A program made the translations under genes and the position numbers. Below are positions 28,557 through 44,324 of a stretch of 64,000 nucleotides of DNA, piece by piece (position 1 is the first letter of the stretch; each line of letters starts with the position of its first letter). Location: assembly GCF_009914755.1 (NCBI RefSeq), contig NC_060927.1. One strand, written 5' to 3'. Source of the stretch: the human T2T-CHM13v2.0 reference genome, Homo sapiens. Under the pieces are notes generated by a model. It had not been told where the DNA came from and made no database searches. It was given only the letters and a program-made list of their open reading frames with translations.

Positions 28557-29035
28557 TGCTTAAGAGATAACTATGATGGACACAAGAAAAAGATAAAAAA
28601 AATATTTTTATTCTGTTTCAAACTTCCATAAAATTGGTGACCTTAAGTGGAAATGAACTAAGACTGAGGACAGATGAGAACAAAACCAATAACTTTCACA
28701 TGACTGTAGTGAACACCAGATGTTGAAAGAAAGTTTTACCAAACCAAACATCTGCTTTCTACTCTAAGAGACAAGAGTGATATAAAAAAAATACCAGAGA
28801 AAAAGGGACACAAAACCAAGAAGAATTTGAGAAGACAAAGTGAAAACACTCAGCTCCAGATTTCAAATCAGGAGGCACTGTCAGGAACCATTGTTCATTC
28901 ATTCCTCACACCCAAGTCCTCTGTCTCAGATTCCTGTGTTTCCACAAGGACCCATTTGTCTCAGTTCTTTACATTCAATTCCAATCTGAAATTATGGTTT
29001 CAAACCATTCAAAACTGAAGTGCCTAGAAATTCCC

Positions 29036-29391
29036 TGTGAGTTCATTCAGGCTGCTGTAATAAGACACCTTAGACTGGGCAACTTATAGACAACAGAAAT
29101 TTATTGCTCACAGTTCTGGAGGCTGGGAAATCCAAGATCAAGGTGCCAGCAGATTCAGTGTCTGGTGAGAGCTTGTTCCTTATAGATAGTACCTTCTTCT
29201 CTGTCCTCCCATAGCTGGAGATGCAAACAAGTTCCCTCACCTCTTTTATAAGGGCACTAATCCCATTAGTGAAGGGTGGAGCCCTCATGAACTAATCACC
29301 TCCCAAAGGCCCCACCTGTTAATACTATTGCATTGGGGATTAGGTATCAATACATGAAATTTGGGGGAACATAAACATTCAGGCTACAGCA
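29036..29391 (-). mobile_element. MaLR solo LTR (MSTD/MLT1A-like)
   Basis: 'aaatttattgctcacagttctggaggctgggaaatccaagatcaaggtgccagcagattcagtgtctggtgag', 'taatcacctcccaaaggccccacct'. Confidence 0.85.
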
Positions 29392-29892
29392 CCCCCTTCC
29401 ATTCCTTATCCCCTTAAATCCACCCTCCCTGCAATAAACCTAAGTGTACTCATTCCTGATTACAAGATGGAGACTGGCCTTTCTTTCCAGAAGGAAGCAG
29501 AGCAGCATTGGGCCATGCAAGTCAATCTTCCCACCCAGTTCTTTACATCATGCTAACAGAAAAAAATAGGTTTTGCTCATGAGGCTCATATGGAGTCTAT
29601 ATATATTTTGTAGACTTTAATATATATTACATTTTTACAATTAAAAAGTAGGAGTTTTCTAAAGACATTAAAAATGTAATGCAGAAATAAGAAAGTTAAG
29701 CTTTGCCTGTATAAAATAATATACAATAGAGGTGAGCTATATTAAAAATTATCTCAGATGGATGCTACAATGGAATAGCTTAATAATCCAAAGCTGCTGT
29801 GCTTTCAGATCAAATAATCTGTTGCAAAGTGAACATGACCTTTAAAACAGGTGGTTATTTTCTATGCATTTTTAAAGAAATAGTTTTATCTT

Positions 29893-31975
29893 CCGCCACA
29901 AGATAAGGACCCCCCTCTCTCACGACTCCTATTCAACACACTACTGGAAGTTCTGGCCAGGGCAATCAGGAAAGAGAAAGAAATAAAGGAGTATTCAAAT
30001 AGGAAGAGAGGAAGTCAAATTGTCTCTGTTTGCAGATGACATAATTGTGTATTTAGAAAACCCCATTGTCTCAGCCCAAAATCTCCTTAAGCTGATAAGC
30101 AACTTCAGCAAAGTTGCAGGATACAAAATCAATGTGCAAAATACACAAGCATTCCTATACACCTATAATAGACAAACAGAGGGCCAAATCATGAGTGAAC
30201 TCCCATTCATAATTGCTACAAAGAGAATAAAATACCTAGGAATACAACTTACAAGGGATGTGAAGGACTTCTTCAAGGAGAACTACAAACCACTGTTCAA
30301 CAAAATAAAAGAGGACACAAACAAATGGAAAAAACCTTCCATGCTCATGGATAGGAAGAATCAATATCATGAAAATGGCCATACTGCCAAAGTAATTTAT
30401 AGATTCAATGCTATCCCCATCAAGCTACCATTGACTTTCTTCACAGAATTTGAAAAAACTACTTTAAATTTCATATGGAACCAAAAAAGAGCCCATATAG
30501 CCAAGAGAATCCTAAGCAAAAAGAACAATGCTGGAGGCATCACGTTACCTGACTTCAAACTAAACCACAAGACTACAGTAACCAAAACAGCACGGTTCTG
30601 GTAGCAAAACACATATATAGACGAATGGAACAGAACAGAGGTCTCAGAAATAACACCACACATCTACAACCAGCTGATCTTTGACAAACCTGACAAAAAC
30701 AAGAAATGGGGAAACGATTCCCTATTTAATAAATGGTGCTGGGAAAACTGGCTAGCCGTATGCAGAAAGCTGAAACTGGGCCCCTTCCTTACACCTTATA
30801 CAAAAATTAACTCAAGATGGATTAAAGACTTAAATGTAAGACCTAAAACCAGAAAAACTCTAGAAGAAAACCTAGGCAATACCATACAGGACATAGGTAT
30901 GGGCAAAGACTTCATGACTAAAACATCAAAAGCAATGGCAATAAAAGCCAAAATGACAAATGGGATCTAATTAAACTAAAGAGCTTCTGCACAGCAAAAG
31001 AAACTATCATCGGAGTGAACAGGCAACCTACAGAATGGGACAAAATTTTTGCAATCTATCCATCTGACAAAGGGCTAATATCCAGAATCTACAAAGAACT
31101 CAAACAAATTTACAAGAAAAAAACAAACAACCCCATCAAAAAGTGGGTGAAGGACATGACCAGACATTTCTCAAAAGAAGACATTTACGTAGCCAACAAA
31201 TATATGAAAAAAAGCCTATCATCACTGGTCAGTAGAGAAATGCAAATCAAAACCACGATGAGATACCATCTCACTCCAGTTAGAATGGCAATCATTAAAA
31301 AGTCAGCAAACAACAGATGCTGGAGAGGATATGGAGATATAGGAACACTTTTACACCATTGGTGGGAGTGTAAATTAGTTCAACCATTGTGGAAGATAGT
31401 GTGGCGATTCTTCAAGGATCTAGAACCAGAAATACCATTTGACCCAGCAATACCATTACTGGGTATATATTCAAACGATTATAAATCATTCTACTATAAA
31501 GACACATGTACATGTATGTTTATTGCAGCATTGTTCACAATAGCAAAGACTTGGAACCAACCCAAATGCCTATCAATGATAGACTGGATAAAGAAAATGT
31601 AGCACATATACACCATGGAATACTATGCAGCCATAAAAAAGGATGAGCTCATGTCCTACGCAGGGACATAGATGAAGCTGGAAACCATCATTCTCAGCAA
31701 ACTAACACAGGAACAGAAAACCAAACACCACATGTTCTCACTCATAAGTGGCAGTTGAACAATGAAAACACATGGACGCACGGAGGGGAACATCACACAC
31801 CTGGGCCTGTCAGGGGTAGGGGGCCAGGGGAGGGATAGCATTAGGAGAAATACCTAATGTAGATGACAGGTTGATGGGTGCAGCAAACCACCATGGCATG
31901 TGTATACCTATGTAACAAACCTGCACATTCTGCACATGTATCCAAGAACTTGAAAGTATTTAAAAAAAGAAAGAA
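29893..31975 (+). mobile_element. 5'-truncated L1PA7/8-like element with 20-bp TSD
   Basis: RT motif LFADD in ORF 30020-30604, further ORF2 piece 31015-31602 with frameshifts and stops; taaagaaatagttttatctt at 29873-29892 and 31976-31995. Confidence 0.97.
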
Positions 31976-32779
31976 TAAAGAAATAGTTTTATCTTAAAAA
32001 CAGTGTCAAAAATTTGGGAAGCCAAAAGCACAAGGAAAATTTACATCACCCATAATCCTACCACTGAGAAGTAACCACTGTTAATTAAGAAGTTGGTATT
32101 TAGCCTCCTAGTCTTTGTTCTACATTAACATGCTGTTATTACAAAAATGAGATCATCCTGTGTTTATTGTTTGGTAACAACTTTACCAATAAACAATATA
32201 TAGGCAACATTGTCACATCATTAAACATTCTTCCAAAACACATAGGTAATTTATAAGCACTGCAAAATATTTCATTGTTCCTCTTAAGTGGAAACACACT
32301 AAATTTAAGGACAGGTGAGAATAATAAATTGGTTTCATTTTATGAATGTACCTTAATTTATTTAACCAAATTCTCCCACCACTACTTTTCTCTCTCTCCC
32401 CCCAGCCCTGCTATAAGCAAGAATAAATGTAACATCCTTGTAATAAATTTTTTGCGTGTCTATTTGCAAGTTATTATCTTGAGATAAATTCCTAGATGTG
32501 CAATTACTGAGTCAAAGAGAATTCACTATGCTTTTTAAACCAAATTATTTTTTATTTTCTCCTGAAATTTTCTAGAATCAAGCAAGAGCTCCAACACTGT
32601 CAGTGATGTAAGCAATTTACAGGTATGTCTCTTGTAGTTTACAATACCTAATTTCATTCTACCATGTAGCTGATGTCAAGCATATGTGTGTTTAATTTTT
32701 TTAAAAACAGAGTCATTGCAACTCTCTTATGTTGACAGCTCCAGTCATTTACAGTTTATAAAAATTATATCACAAATTT

Positions 32780-33250
32780 AAACTAAGTCATGGAAGCAAT
32801 TTACATAATAAGACGAAGAGGGAGCTAATTTCTGTTCAGAGCAGTGTAGAGAGCTCCTCATTCTTAAATCGAAGTCAATGAACTGCAGATACACACAGCA
32901 ACATGGATGAACCTCACAGGGGCTATGCTGATTGGAAGAAGCCAGACACTAATATGCACATATTTATGATTCCATTTACGTAAAGTTCAAGAATAAACAG
33001 AACTAATGAGAGTGACAGAAGTCAAAACATCGGTTACCTCTTGGGGTCAGGGAAGATGATGTTGAATGGGAAGCAGCCCAAAGGAGTCTTCTGGGGTCCT
33101 GGAGATAATTTATCTGTGGATCTAAATGACAGTTACATAGTATAGTAAAAACTATTAAAATGTACACATAATAATTGAACAATACACTTAAAATGTGTAT
33201 ATTTTCACTTCATGTATGTTACTATTTATGTTATACCTCTATTTTTGCAA
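32780..33250 (+). mobile_element. L1ME-type 3' remnant
   Basis: 'cacagcaacatggatgaacctcaca..gaagaagccagacac..tatgattccatttacgtaaagttcaagaa'. Confidence 0.65.
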
Positions 33251-33282
33251 AACCAAAAGCAACCTAAGGTATGAATGTTATG

Positions 33283-33930
33283 TGTATTAGTTTCCTAGGG
33301 CTGCCATAACCAAGTACCACAAAGTGGGTGTAAACATAAATTTATCCAGAGAATAGAAGTCCAGAATTAAGGTGTCAGCAGGGCCGTGCTGCCTCCTGAA
33401 ACCTGTAGGGGAATTCTTCCTGGCCTCACTATACCTTCAGGTGGTCTGCCAACAGCCTTTGGCAATCTTGGCTTGTAGGTGTATCATCCCAACCCGCCAT
33501 CTTCACATGGCCATATTCCTTTTTTTTTTTTTTTCTTGAGTTATAAGTCTTTTTAACTTTATTTTAAGTTCAGGGGTATATGTGCAGGTTTGTTACACAG
33601 GTAAACTTGTGTCATGGGGGTTTGTTGTAGAGATTATTTCATCACCTAGGTATTGAGCCTAGTACCCATTAGTTATTTTTCTTGATCTTCTCCCTCCTTC
33701 TCTCCTCTTTCCTCCAGTAGGCCCCAGTGTGTGTTGTTCCCCTCTATGTGTCACATGGCCATATTCTTAAAAGGACACTAGTCATACTGGATTAGGGGCC
33801 TACCCTATTCCACTCTGACCTCATCTAATTACATCTGCAATAACCCCTATTTCCAAATGAGGTCACATCCTGAGTACTAGGGGTTAGGCTTTCAACATCC
33901 ATTTTGGGGTGATACAATTCAATCCATACT
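33283..33930 (-). mobile_element. MLT1C-like solo LTR interrupted by an L1 3' end
   Basis: 'tgtattagtttcctagggctgccataac..' and 'attacatctgcaataaccctatttccaaatgaggtcacat'. Confidence 0.85.
33519..33750 (-). mobile_element. Short L1PA13-16-like 3' UTR insertion with 16-bp TSD
   Basis: 'aacttttattttaagttcaggggtatatgtgcaggtttgttac'; tcacatggccatattc at 33503-33518 and 33751-33766. Confidence 0.92.
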
Positions 33931-36354
33931 AGTTTGCAATCTTGTTTTTAAATTTTCTCTTAAAAGTGTGAGTTCTGCAAAAGGAACCAAAAGCAAGAAA
34001 ATAGTGTCTGGAAGGGTTTATATTACAGTCAGCAGTGCAGGGGCCCTGTTTGCAAGGAGATTCAGTAGGATTGCAGATTTGTTCTTAGTTTCCAGAACAT
34101 GTATCAAGAGGAGGGAAAGACACTTGGGAAAAATTACACAAGGAGAATTAGAAGCTAGCAAGAGATTGCTCGCTTAAGTAGCGATGCAGTGTAGTACTTC
34201 TGAGATATGAAGATATATTATGCTCATTGTTCTCCCAGTATCCAGTGACTTGGCTGCATTGGGGGAAGCTTTTGGCAGGGCAGAAAACAGAAATAGAGAA
34301 TGAGCCTTCCTGGATTTTGTGTTCCAGAGTCGGGAGATTAAGTGTGGATACACAATGTCTTGCACAAAAATTTGAAGGGAGAATCCTACCTTTGTCCATT
34401 AGATATGAGAAGGATTCTTTCAGCCTTGGGATGGAAGCAAAAAGCAAGGGAGACTGATTTCTGATTCCCAGCAGAGCCTCTTGGGGGGTTCAACTGCCAG
34501 AGAAAGAATAACTGTAGCAGAAGGGACTGTGGCAGCCTTATAGATGTTTCTGTGTCCCCAGTGTGACACTGCATCAGCAGATAGAGCTGCAGGGCTCACG
34601 AGCCACGTGGACAGCCAAGAGTCACCTACAGAGACCTACCAAAAATCCTAGGACTACACAGGCCCCTTACAACATATAGGCCAAAAATGAAAAAGTGATT
34701 CATTAAATTGATAACTAAATCTCAAACAGTTTGTCCCCATTTATAAGGCATTTCAAATAAATAAATGCACAAATAAGAAACATAAATCCCTTGTCAGATA
34801 AGATATTCCAATTTTTGGTTCAGACATTATGGTCACATATAAAAAATCTGGCAAAAGGGAAAAATTGTTCTAAGGCACCAAGAGGGATGGAAACTAAAAT
34901 CAAATTAGAGCTGGAATCTAGAACCAGAGATTTAGCTTATATCAACTTCTCGGTGCAGATCTAAAGAAGAAGAAACAGAAAGTATTAAATATTTGGTGTG
35001 CTGTCCAGGATACGAGAGCATGAAAGGAACACAGACCAACAATGTCTGGTCAAGTCTTGCCCATGACAATCAATACCGAGGAAGAAAGCAATAGATGGGA
35101 TGCAAAGACAGATGCTGTGAAAGGAATTCCAGTGAGTAGCAGGGCATGCCTGTTGCTTCTCTTAAACCCATCTTCCAACATTACCTTAGCTGTGAGTGGT
35201 TCCCAGCTTTATAACAGACTACTAATGAAACCACTTTTACTTCTAGAAGAACATCGATGGAGAGCAGGCATATTTATACATAGTTACAGCAACTGGTGCT
35301 GTCTTTAGCAGACAGGGCTGGCCTGTGTTCATTTGGTTTGTTCCTTGTTAAGTAGTTCTACCTGCCCATTTTAGCACCATTGAATATTTCAGCCTCGCAT
35401 CTGACTTTTTTGATCACCATGACTTCTGAACCAAAATTTGGGAAGTCTGACCTGATAAAAAATATTTTTTTCTGACTTGTGAGTATATTTATATAATATT
35501 CATCATCTCATAATTGAAGATGAATTATGTCATATTTAGTTAGAAATTTACTTATTCAATTGAAAAGTATAAAATGAGATAAAATTGGGTCTAGGCTAGA
35601 AAATCCAGGACATGTGGTCATCATACATGGAAAATTGGGATTTGTAGAAGAGGCACCAGCAGTCATCTGGAACCTGTCCCTTGCTTGTGGCAGCACAAGA
35701 ATTTGCTTCAGGAAAATGGATCATCCTGTGAATACAGGGTCCAGCTCAGCATCATGTGCCAAGGAAGACCTAACTGTCATCAGATGATGAAATCAGAAGG
35801 ATTCCACAGGCTGGAGCAAGACATTTACTGGGATCCAGTTTCCTTCCACTGCATTCCTACAGTTCCGGGTTGGCTGCCAGCAGTTGCCTGCATGCCCCTT
35901 TCTGTCCTAAGCACACTGTGCTGTCCCACGGATGTCTGAGATTTCTTTCCAACAGACCTAACCATGAGACAGCCTTTCCTGCATGTTTGCTGATTCTGTT
36001 AGTTACGTCCTGTACCATGCATCTCAAATTAAATCATCAGCAGATAAACATTTGGGCCAGAGCAAGATAGTGAATGCTTCCATTTCTAAATAGTAGGATA
36101 TCAACAACAGAATATAAACTTTATTTCCATTCATTGATGACTCTCCACCATGTACCTATGCATTTAATTGTTAAAATAAAAAGTATATAAGCTGATTTCT
36201 TGATTGAGCATAAAAAGTATGACCCTCATAACTTTTAGTTGATGATAAATTATGAAAAAAATTGAAATTTATTTCAATCATTTTTCATTCTCCTACACAG
36301 GAGATCTGATAACATCTAATAAAACATGCTCTTTTATGGATGAAACACGTGAGT

Positions 36355-37215
36355 CAGGAGCTTCTGGATAGCTGGTCACATGAGGTTCTAGAGGGTAGCG
36401 TGCCCAGGGAGGGCATGCAAGCTCCTTTCCCGTTCCCCCATACCTCACCCTACACATCTCTTCACCTGTATCCTTTGCAATATCCTTTATAATAAACCAA
36501 TCAATGTAAGTGTTTCACTGAGTTATTGTTGTTGTGGCTTCTTTTACTTCCATAGTTCAGCGGGCAGGAGTGTTGTAGCTCTTTTACTCTAGCCACCCAT
36601 AGTTCAGTGAGCAGGAGCCTTACAGCTCTTTCACTCCCACAGTTTGGTGGGTTCCAAGTTCTTGTCTCACCAGGCTGGCTGTTCCCTCAGGAATAACCTC
36701 CTGAGTGTCTGGACTATATATAACCGTCTTCAATTTTTTCAACAGTGAGCTGTGGTTCCTGCATCAACTCAAACATGCTCTTGCTCTTCCACTCTGCAGC
36801 ATTTAAAACCACAGATACTGTCCCTAAATTACTTGCTCTCATTAATCCAGTAGGCTACAAATCCCTCTTTGGGTTTGACTAACTTTCTGGAGTAGCTCAC
36901 AATGATAGCAACAGGAGACAGACAAATCCAAACCCCTCAAGCTGTACCCAACTTGAAGCCAGTCAGTCACTTGCAACTGGTGTGGGGTGGTGTTGGGGCA
37001 GCCTTGAGGACTGAGCCCTCAACCTGGGGATCCTACACTAACTCCAGGTAGTGTCAGAATTGAATGACAGGATATCAGCCAGGGTTCACTGCTTGGTGTG
37101 TTGGAGAAAACCCACACACATTTGGTCACAGAAGTCTTCTTCTGTGTTGATGATTATTGTGGTGGTGTGAAAGCAGAATAAAAAAGGGGTTTGAGAAGAG
37201 AGTTTTTCCCTGAAA
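36355..37215 (+). mobile_element. MER21A-like 5' LTR, 5' part missing and internally rearranged
   Basis: 36355-36515 matches 44095-44243 of this window; LTR resumes near 36950 ('ggactgagccctcaacctgggga..cccacacacatttggtcacagaag'). Confidence 0.8.
36527..36672 (-). mobile_element. MER50/MER52-like LTR 3' end fragment
   Basis: Tandem 'tgttgtagctcttttactc/ttacagctctttcactcc..agttc' units followed by 'ttccaagttcttgtc'. Confidence 0.6.
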
Positions 37216-38402
37216 CAATTGGTGTCAGTGAAGCTCAATTTGCTAGAACAACCCTCACTCATAGAAACATGTGGTTTGGGAAGAGAAAGAATGAAAGGGT
37301 GGGGAATGAGGAATCTTTGATTCCTGGGCGGCCACATGGTCATCCATGATATGAAGCTGCCCCTGTGTTGAGATCAGTTACCAAAGGTAAAAGTTACCAG
37401 TGGAATTTAGAGATGGATCCAACTCCCCAGGAGCTGGTTCACTGGATCCATAAGGAAATGCAAACTAATATGAAAAAAGCAAAACATTCAATCCCTTGGT
37501 TATCGTTATCTGTAATAGCTAAAATGAAATTTAAAAAGAACTCTGGGTCTGACCTTAATATTAGACCAAGCTTAGATTTCAGACAGCCTGAGCTCAGGCC
37601 ACCAGCCTCAAAGCCACCCCCTAAGGGCAAAATTGTGCGGGGACAATAGAAAATATCTCCAAGACCTGTGGCTACCAAGAAGGTAGTCAACGTGGCGGAA
37701 AGGCAAAGCCAAGTAACTATTGAAACCAGAGGGTATAGTGTGAAGGAAGTGTTCCATTTTGTAGATTGGTATCATCAGTTTCCCGAGGAACCTTTACTAT
37801 GTTGGATTATGAGAGTAACTAATTGAGGGACAGTATCTTTGGTTTTAAATGCTGCAGAGCAGAATGGAAGAGCATGTTTGAGCTGATGCAGGACCCACAG
37901 CTCACTACTGAACCACTGAAAACAGTTGTATAGGGTCCAGATACACAGGAGGTTATTCCTGAGGGAACAGCCAGCCTGGATGACTGGATAAAAGCCACTA
38001 TACAGTCTGTTTACCCTGAGAAAGGGGAACTGTCCAACTCCCCCTTTAAATGCCAAGTGGAGCACTCTAGATGAGGCAGCTGATATGCTTTCTATACAAG
38101 CCATGCAGGACTAACTGCATAATGAAAGAGATATTCACACACTGGATATGCCCATTACCCAGGTCATAGTAAATGCTGTAGTTAAGAGGGCCCCTTCTAT
38201 AAAGACACCCAAAAAGATTCCTGCAGAATCAAACAAGAGTTCCAAAAGCCTGATCAAATTTGTTGTCTCAGCTTCCTCTCACGGGTCTTACAGATGCTAA
38301 TAAAAATACTAGGTTAATTAATAACAGAATGGTGAACAGGAGAGGGGAGAGTCAAAACACTCAGGACAGAAATTTTTAAACAGTTATTAAAAAATAAGAT
38401 GA

Positions 38403-39036
<634 letters not shown>

Positions 39037-40366
39037 TGAGATGAAAAAATACACTGTTGATGGGATGAAACTAAGAGGAAAGAGAGTCATGGGACTTGTC
39101 CTAACAGGATAAAAATCTTCAGATGGTTATTTTAAAATGGAATTAATAAAATAAAAATTGATGGGGTTAAAACAAAAGTCTTAATATAAGATTAGTGAAA
39201 ATTGAGTGGACCAAAGGGAGCCTCTGCTGGTCCCTCAGTATTAACGGACCCCAAACCATTTGCCACATTTCTCGCAGTTGGAGGTATTTTAAAAGCCCAA
39301 AGGTAAAGATTACTCAAAAAAAAACCCACCTGGAATTGCCTGGGGCGATGAGTAGACTGGTTAATCAAGGTATTGACAGAGAGGCCAGAGTCCCTTAGTC
39401 AGACCCCTGGCTGGAGACCCAAAGCCTCTTTTTTACGCAAGAGAGGGTAAAATGGTGTGGTGGTGAAGAAGAGAAGTTCCTGGAACTAGACCATGAAAAC
39501 GTAAAAGTTGATAGAATTATACAAGTTGGTGTATTTGAACACACTTTATGTGAAATGGTTGCATCTCTCTTACCTGATTATATCATGGGAATGAACACTG
39601 TATCTGACTGGAAAATGTTTTCCCTACCTAGTACCACAAAACAGAAAGCACGTAAGTCTGCCCTTCAAGCAATATAAATTGGACACGCTAAATGGGAACC
39701 AATAAGATTTCCCAAGCCCACACAGTGCAGAGCAGAAACTAGAGTGCTATTAGGGACAAATTCTCCATTTCATAGCCCTTTATGGAGTATTTTCTAGAGT
39801 ATATAGCAAAGGCCTATGAGTGCCTCCCAGCAGCAACCACTGAGACTTTGGACTAGAGAATTTCCACTTGAGGAACATTTACTACCTTGCTAATGGGGTG
39901 GTAATTGAATCTATCCCATGGCTGAAGGACATAAAATGATTTTGATACCTGAAATATCAATGCTATGTCATTGATACTGAGATGTCAGAGAAATTCTCTA
40001 AGCGGAATAGCAGTGCCCAGAAGTATTCCACAATACAATGAAAATGGTTTAAACATGATTTTGCTGTTCACTGGATGGATAAGGAAATGCAAGTAAGAAA
40101 AAAGTAAAGTATTCAAACCCTTGGTTATTGAATGCAATAACCAAGAGGAGAAATGCAAAGAGATACTCACAGCAGGGAGCCTCTTTACCCCTAGGCTGAC
40201 TCTGGAACTGTGTAAGGTGCTGCTGGAATCTATCAACACTTGGACAGTGCCCTATGAACATCTCTCAACTGACCAACAAGGAGCTGCCTGGTTTACAGAC
40301 AGCAGTTCCAAGTGAATGCACAACATCCTGTTTGGAAGACTGCTACTTTGATCAAAGAATGTAAAA

Positions 40367-40855
40367 ATGAGATCCTGTCATTTGCAATACCATAGATGGA
40401 ACTGGAGGTCATTATGTTAAGTGAAATAAGCCAGGCACAGAAAGACAAACATCACATGTTTTCACTTATTTGTGGGATCTAAAAATCAAAACAATTAAAC
40501 CCATGGAGATAGAGAGTAGAAGAATGGCTACCAGAGACTGGGAAGGGCAGTGGAGGGGTTGTGAAAGAAGAGGATAGTTTTGGGTCGGAAAAAATAGTTA
40601 GAATGAATTAATAAGGCCTAGTACTTGATAACATAACAGGGCCTAGTACTTGATAGCATAATAAGGCCTAGTACTTGAAAGCATAACAATAATTAGATTG
40701 CTTGTAATACAAAGGATAAACGCTTGAAGGGATGAATACCCTATTTCCCATGGTGTGATCATTATTCATTGAATGCCTGTATGAAAACATCTCATGTACC
40801 CCATAAATATATATGCCTATGAACCCACAAAATTATAATTTACAAGTTCTTAAAA
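40367..40855 (+). mobile_element. L1MA (about L1MA2-3) 3' end inserted in ERV pol
   Basis: 'gagatcctgtcatttgcaa..catctcatgtaccccataaatatata'; TSD-like aaagaa[t/g]gtaaaaa near 40355 and 41395 brackets the L1 plus nested Alus. Confidence 0.88.
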
Positions 40856-40859
40856 AATT

Positions 40860-41366
<507 letters not shown>

Positions 41367-41779
41367 TTAATCATACAAAATTTTTTTAAAAAAAGAAGGT
41401 AAAAACAGATCAGCTCAGTGGACGGAATTGCATGCTGTTTTTCTAACAGTAATGAAAAAATGGAACAGTGGTGAAAGTCCCTGTGTTTAGGTTTTTACTG
41501 ACTCACAGGCAGTGACAAATGACGTGACTATACAATCAGGCAGAAGGAAACCCGGATGATTAAAGGGATGCCCAAATGAGGCATGGCTCTATGGAAATTT
41601 GTGGGTGCATTAAAGTAGAACAAGTCAATGCCCATCAGAAGAACTCCCTTCCAGGTTACGAAGGTGACTGGAATCAATAAACAGATATTCCCATGTGCTC
41701 CCATGGGCCACCTTGGTCCATGAAATTAGTGGATTTGGGGTTACTGCAGCAGTGTGGAGATGAGCTGCATTAAAACATT

Positions 41780-42118
<339 letters not shown>

Positions 42119-43466
42119 TTCCTTTTGCACTCTCTCAGGCCTGCCAGTAAGAACTGTTCTGTTTCTCTGCAAGAGAGACAGAGACTGCCAATGGCTATGG
42201 GGCATATTCACTGGTAGGAAGGCCCTCAACACAGCTGGCACATGAGACTGATGCTGGTTTTCTCTGGGGGCTACAAATGGATCTTGACAGGATTAGACAC
42301 TGACTTGGGAGTAGGCTTTGCTTACCCAGTAGAAGAAGAAAATGCTTAGAGTGCCATAAAAAAACCACAACAGAAGATAATGCATAGATTTGGGTGGCTA
42401 ACCATCATTTCTTCAGATCAAGGAACACACTGTACAGCCCATAGTGTCCAACAATGGGCAGAGAGATATATCCTTAGAGTAATCATTTGATGGAGAAGTA
42501 GAACAGGCAATTAAGACATTGGTTGTCTAAAAAAGAAAGAGCTAAAAGCAGGAAGGGCTGGCCTACCTGCCTTCACAAGTGTGTGCTCACACTCAGCATG
42601 AGTGGGACTAGAGTGTCCCTGCTAGATGTTTTCAGTTTTTCTGGTTGACCTGGGGAAGAGGGGGTGAGAGATACTGGTATGATATGACTATGCAAGTCTT
42701 GCCAAGGGAGGAGTACACTTGTATACGGACTATATTTTTTTCTTTTTTTCCCCATATCACCTCGTAAGAAATTTTTTTTCTCTCTCCTACCTGATGCAGT
42801 GGTCCTAGGACCAAGGGCTGCAACTACAAGTGCTGGAAGCAGGGATGATTCCTAAGCAAGAAATCTTCACTGTGTTTTTAAAGTGTGTCAGAATTCCTAA
42901 GGGGCCTGATGGGGGTGGATTGTGCCTTCACCCCACCTGGCAAAATTGGGGTTAAGAATAAATGCAGCTATATTGCCTGGTGGTAAAAATGGCACATTAG
43001 TTTGGAACCTATGTAATCCTTCTCGATATGAATGTGGGTGAACTAAGGGAGAGGCACTCGCTAGACTAGTATTGCCGCAGGCAATCTACATCAGCACAGT
43101 GGCCAAACCTAATGTCCTTTCCAAAAGTGTCAAAGTTTGGGTCAAAATAAATAATAAATGGGGAACAGGAGGAATAATAGCTGAGGGTAAAGAAATGAAT
43201 AAACAGGGATAAATGGAGGGAAATCCAATATTACATTAACAACTCTAAAGAGTCTCGGAACAAGAGATGACATTGCCTCGTAGCTCGGTTATTCCAGCTG
43301 CCTGAAAGGGAGAAGCTATGTATTTGCCAATACCACTCTTGCTTTTGGAACCTGACAAGGATAAAAGGAAGCCTGAAAATCTAAGTGGCCTCAGCCTGGG
43401 AGACATTCATACAATATGATGGACTGGACCACTTATTAATGATTGTGTATCTTTGTTTTGCTATAA

Positions 43467-44243
<777 letters not shown>

Positions 44244-44324
44244 CGAGAAAAAAGAAAAGAACTTGAGTCACAAAGAGCTTAAGGCAATGCTTCTCAAACT
44301 TGAATGTGCATCAGAACCACTTAG

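Noticed and set aside
34210-34850. Possible ancient LTR or DNA-transposon remnants
   Set aside because: Too decayed to assign a family or boundaries by eye.
37365-37649. 94-aa ORF as a domesticated ERV gag gene
   Set aside because: Short, non-ATG start, and surrounded by stops and frameshifts in a decayed provirus.
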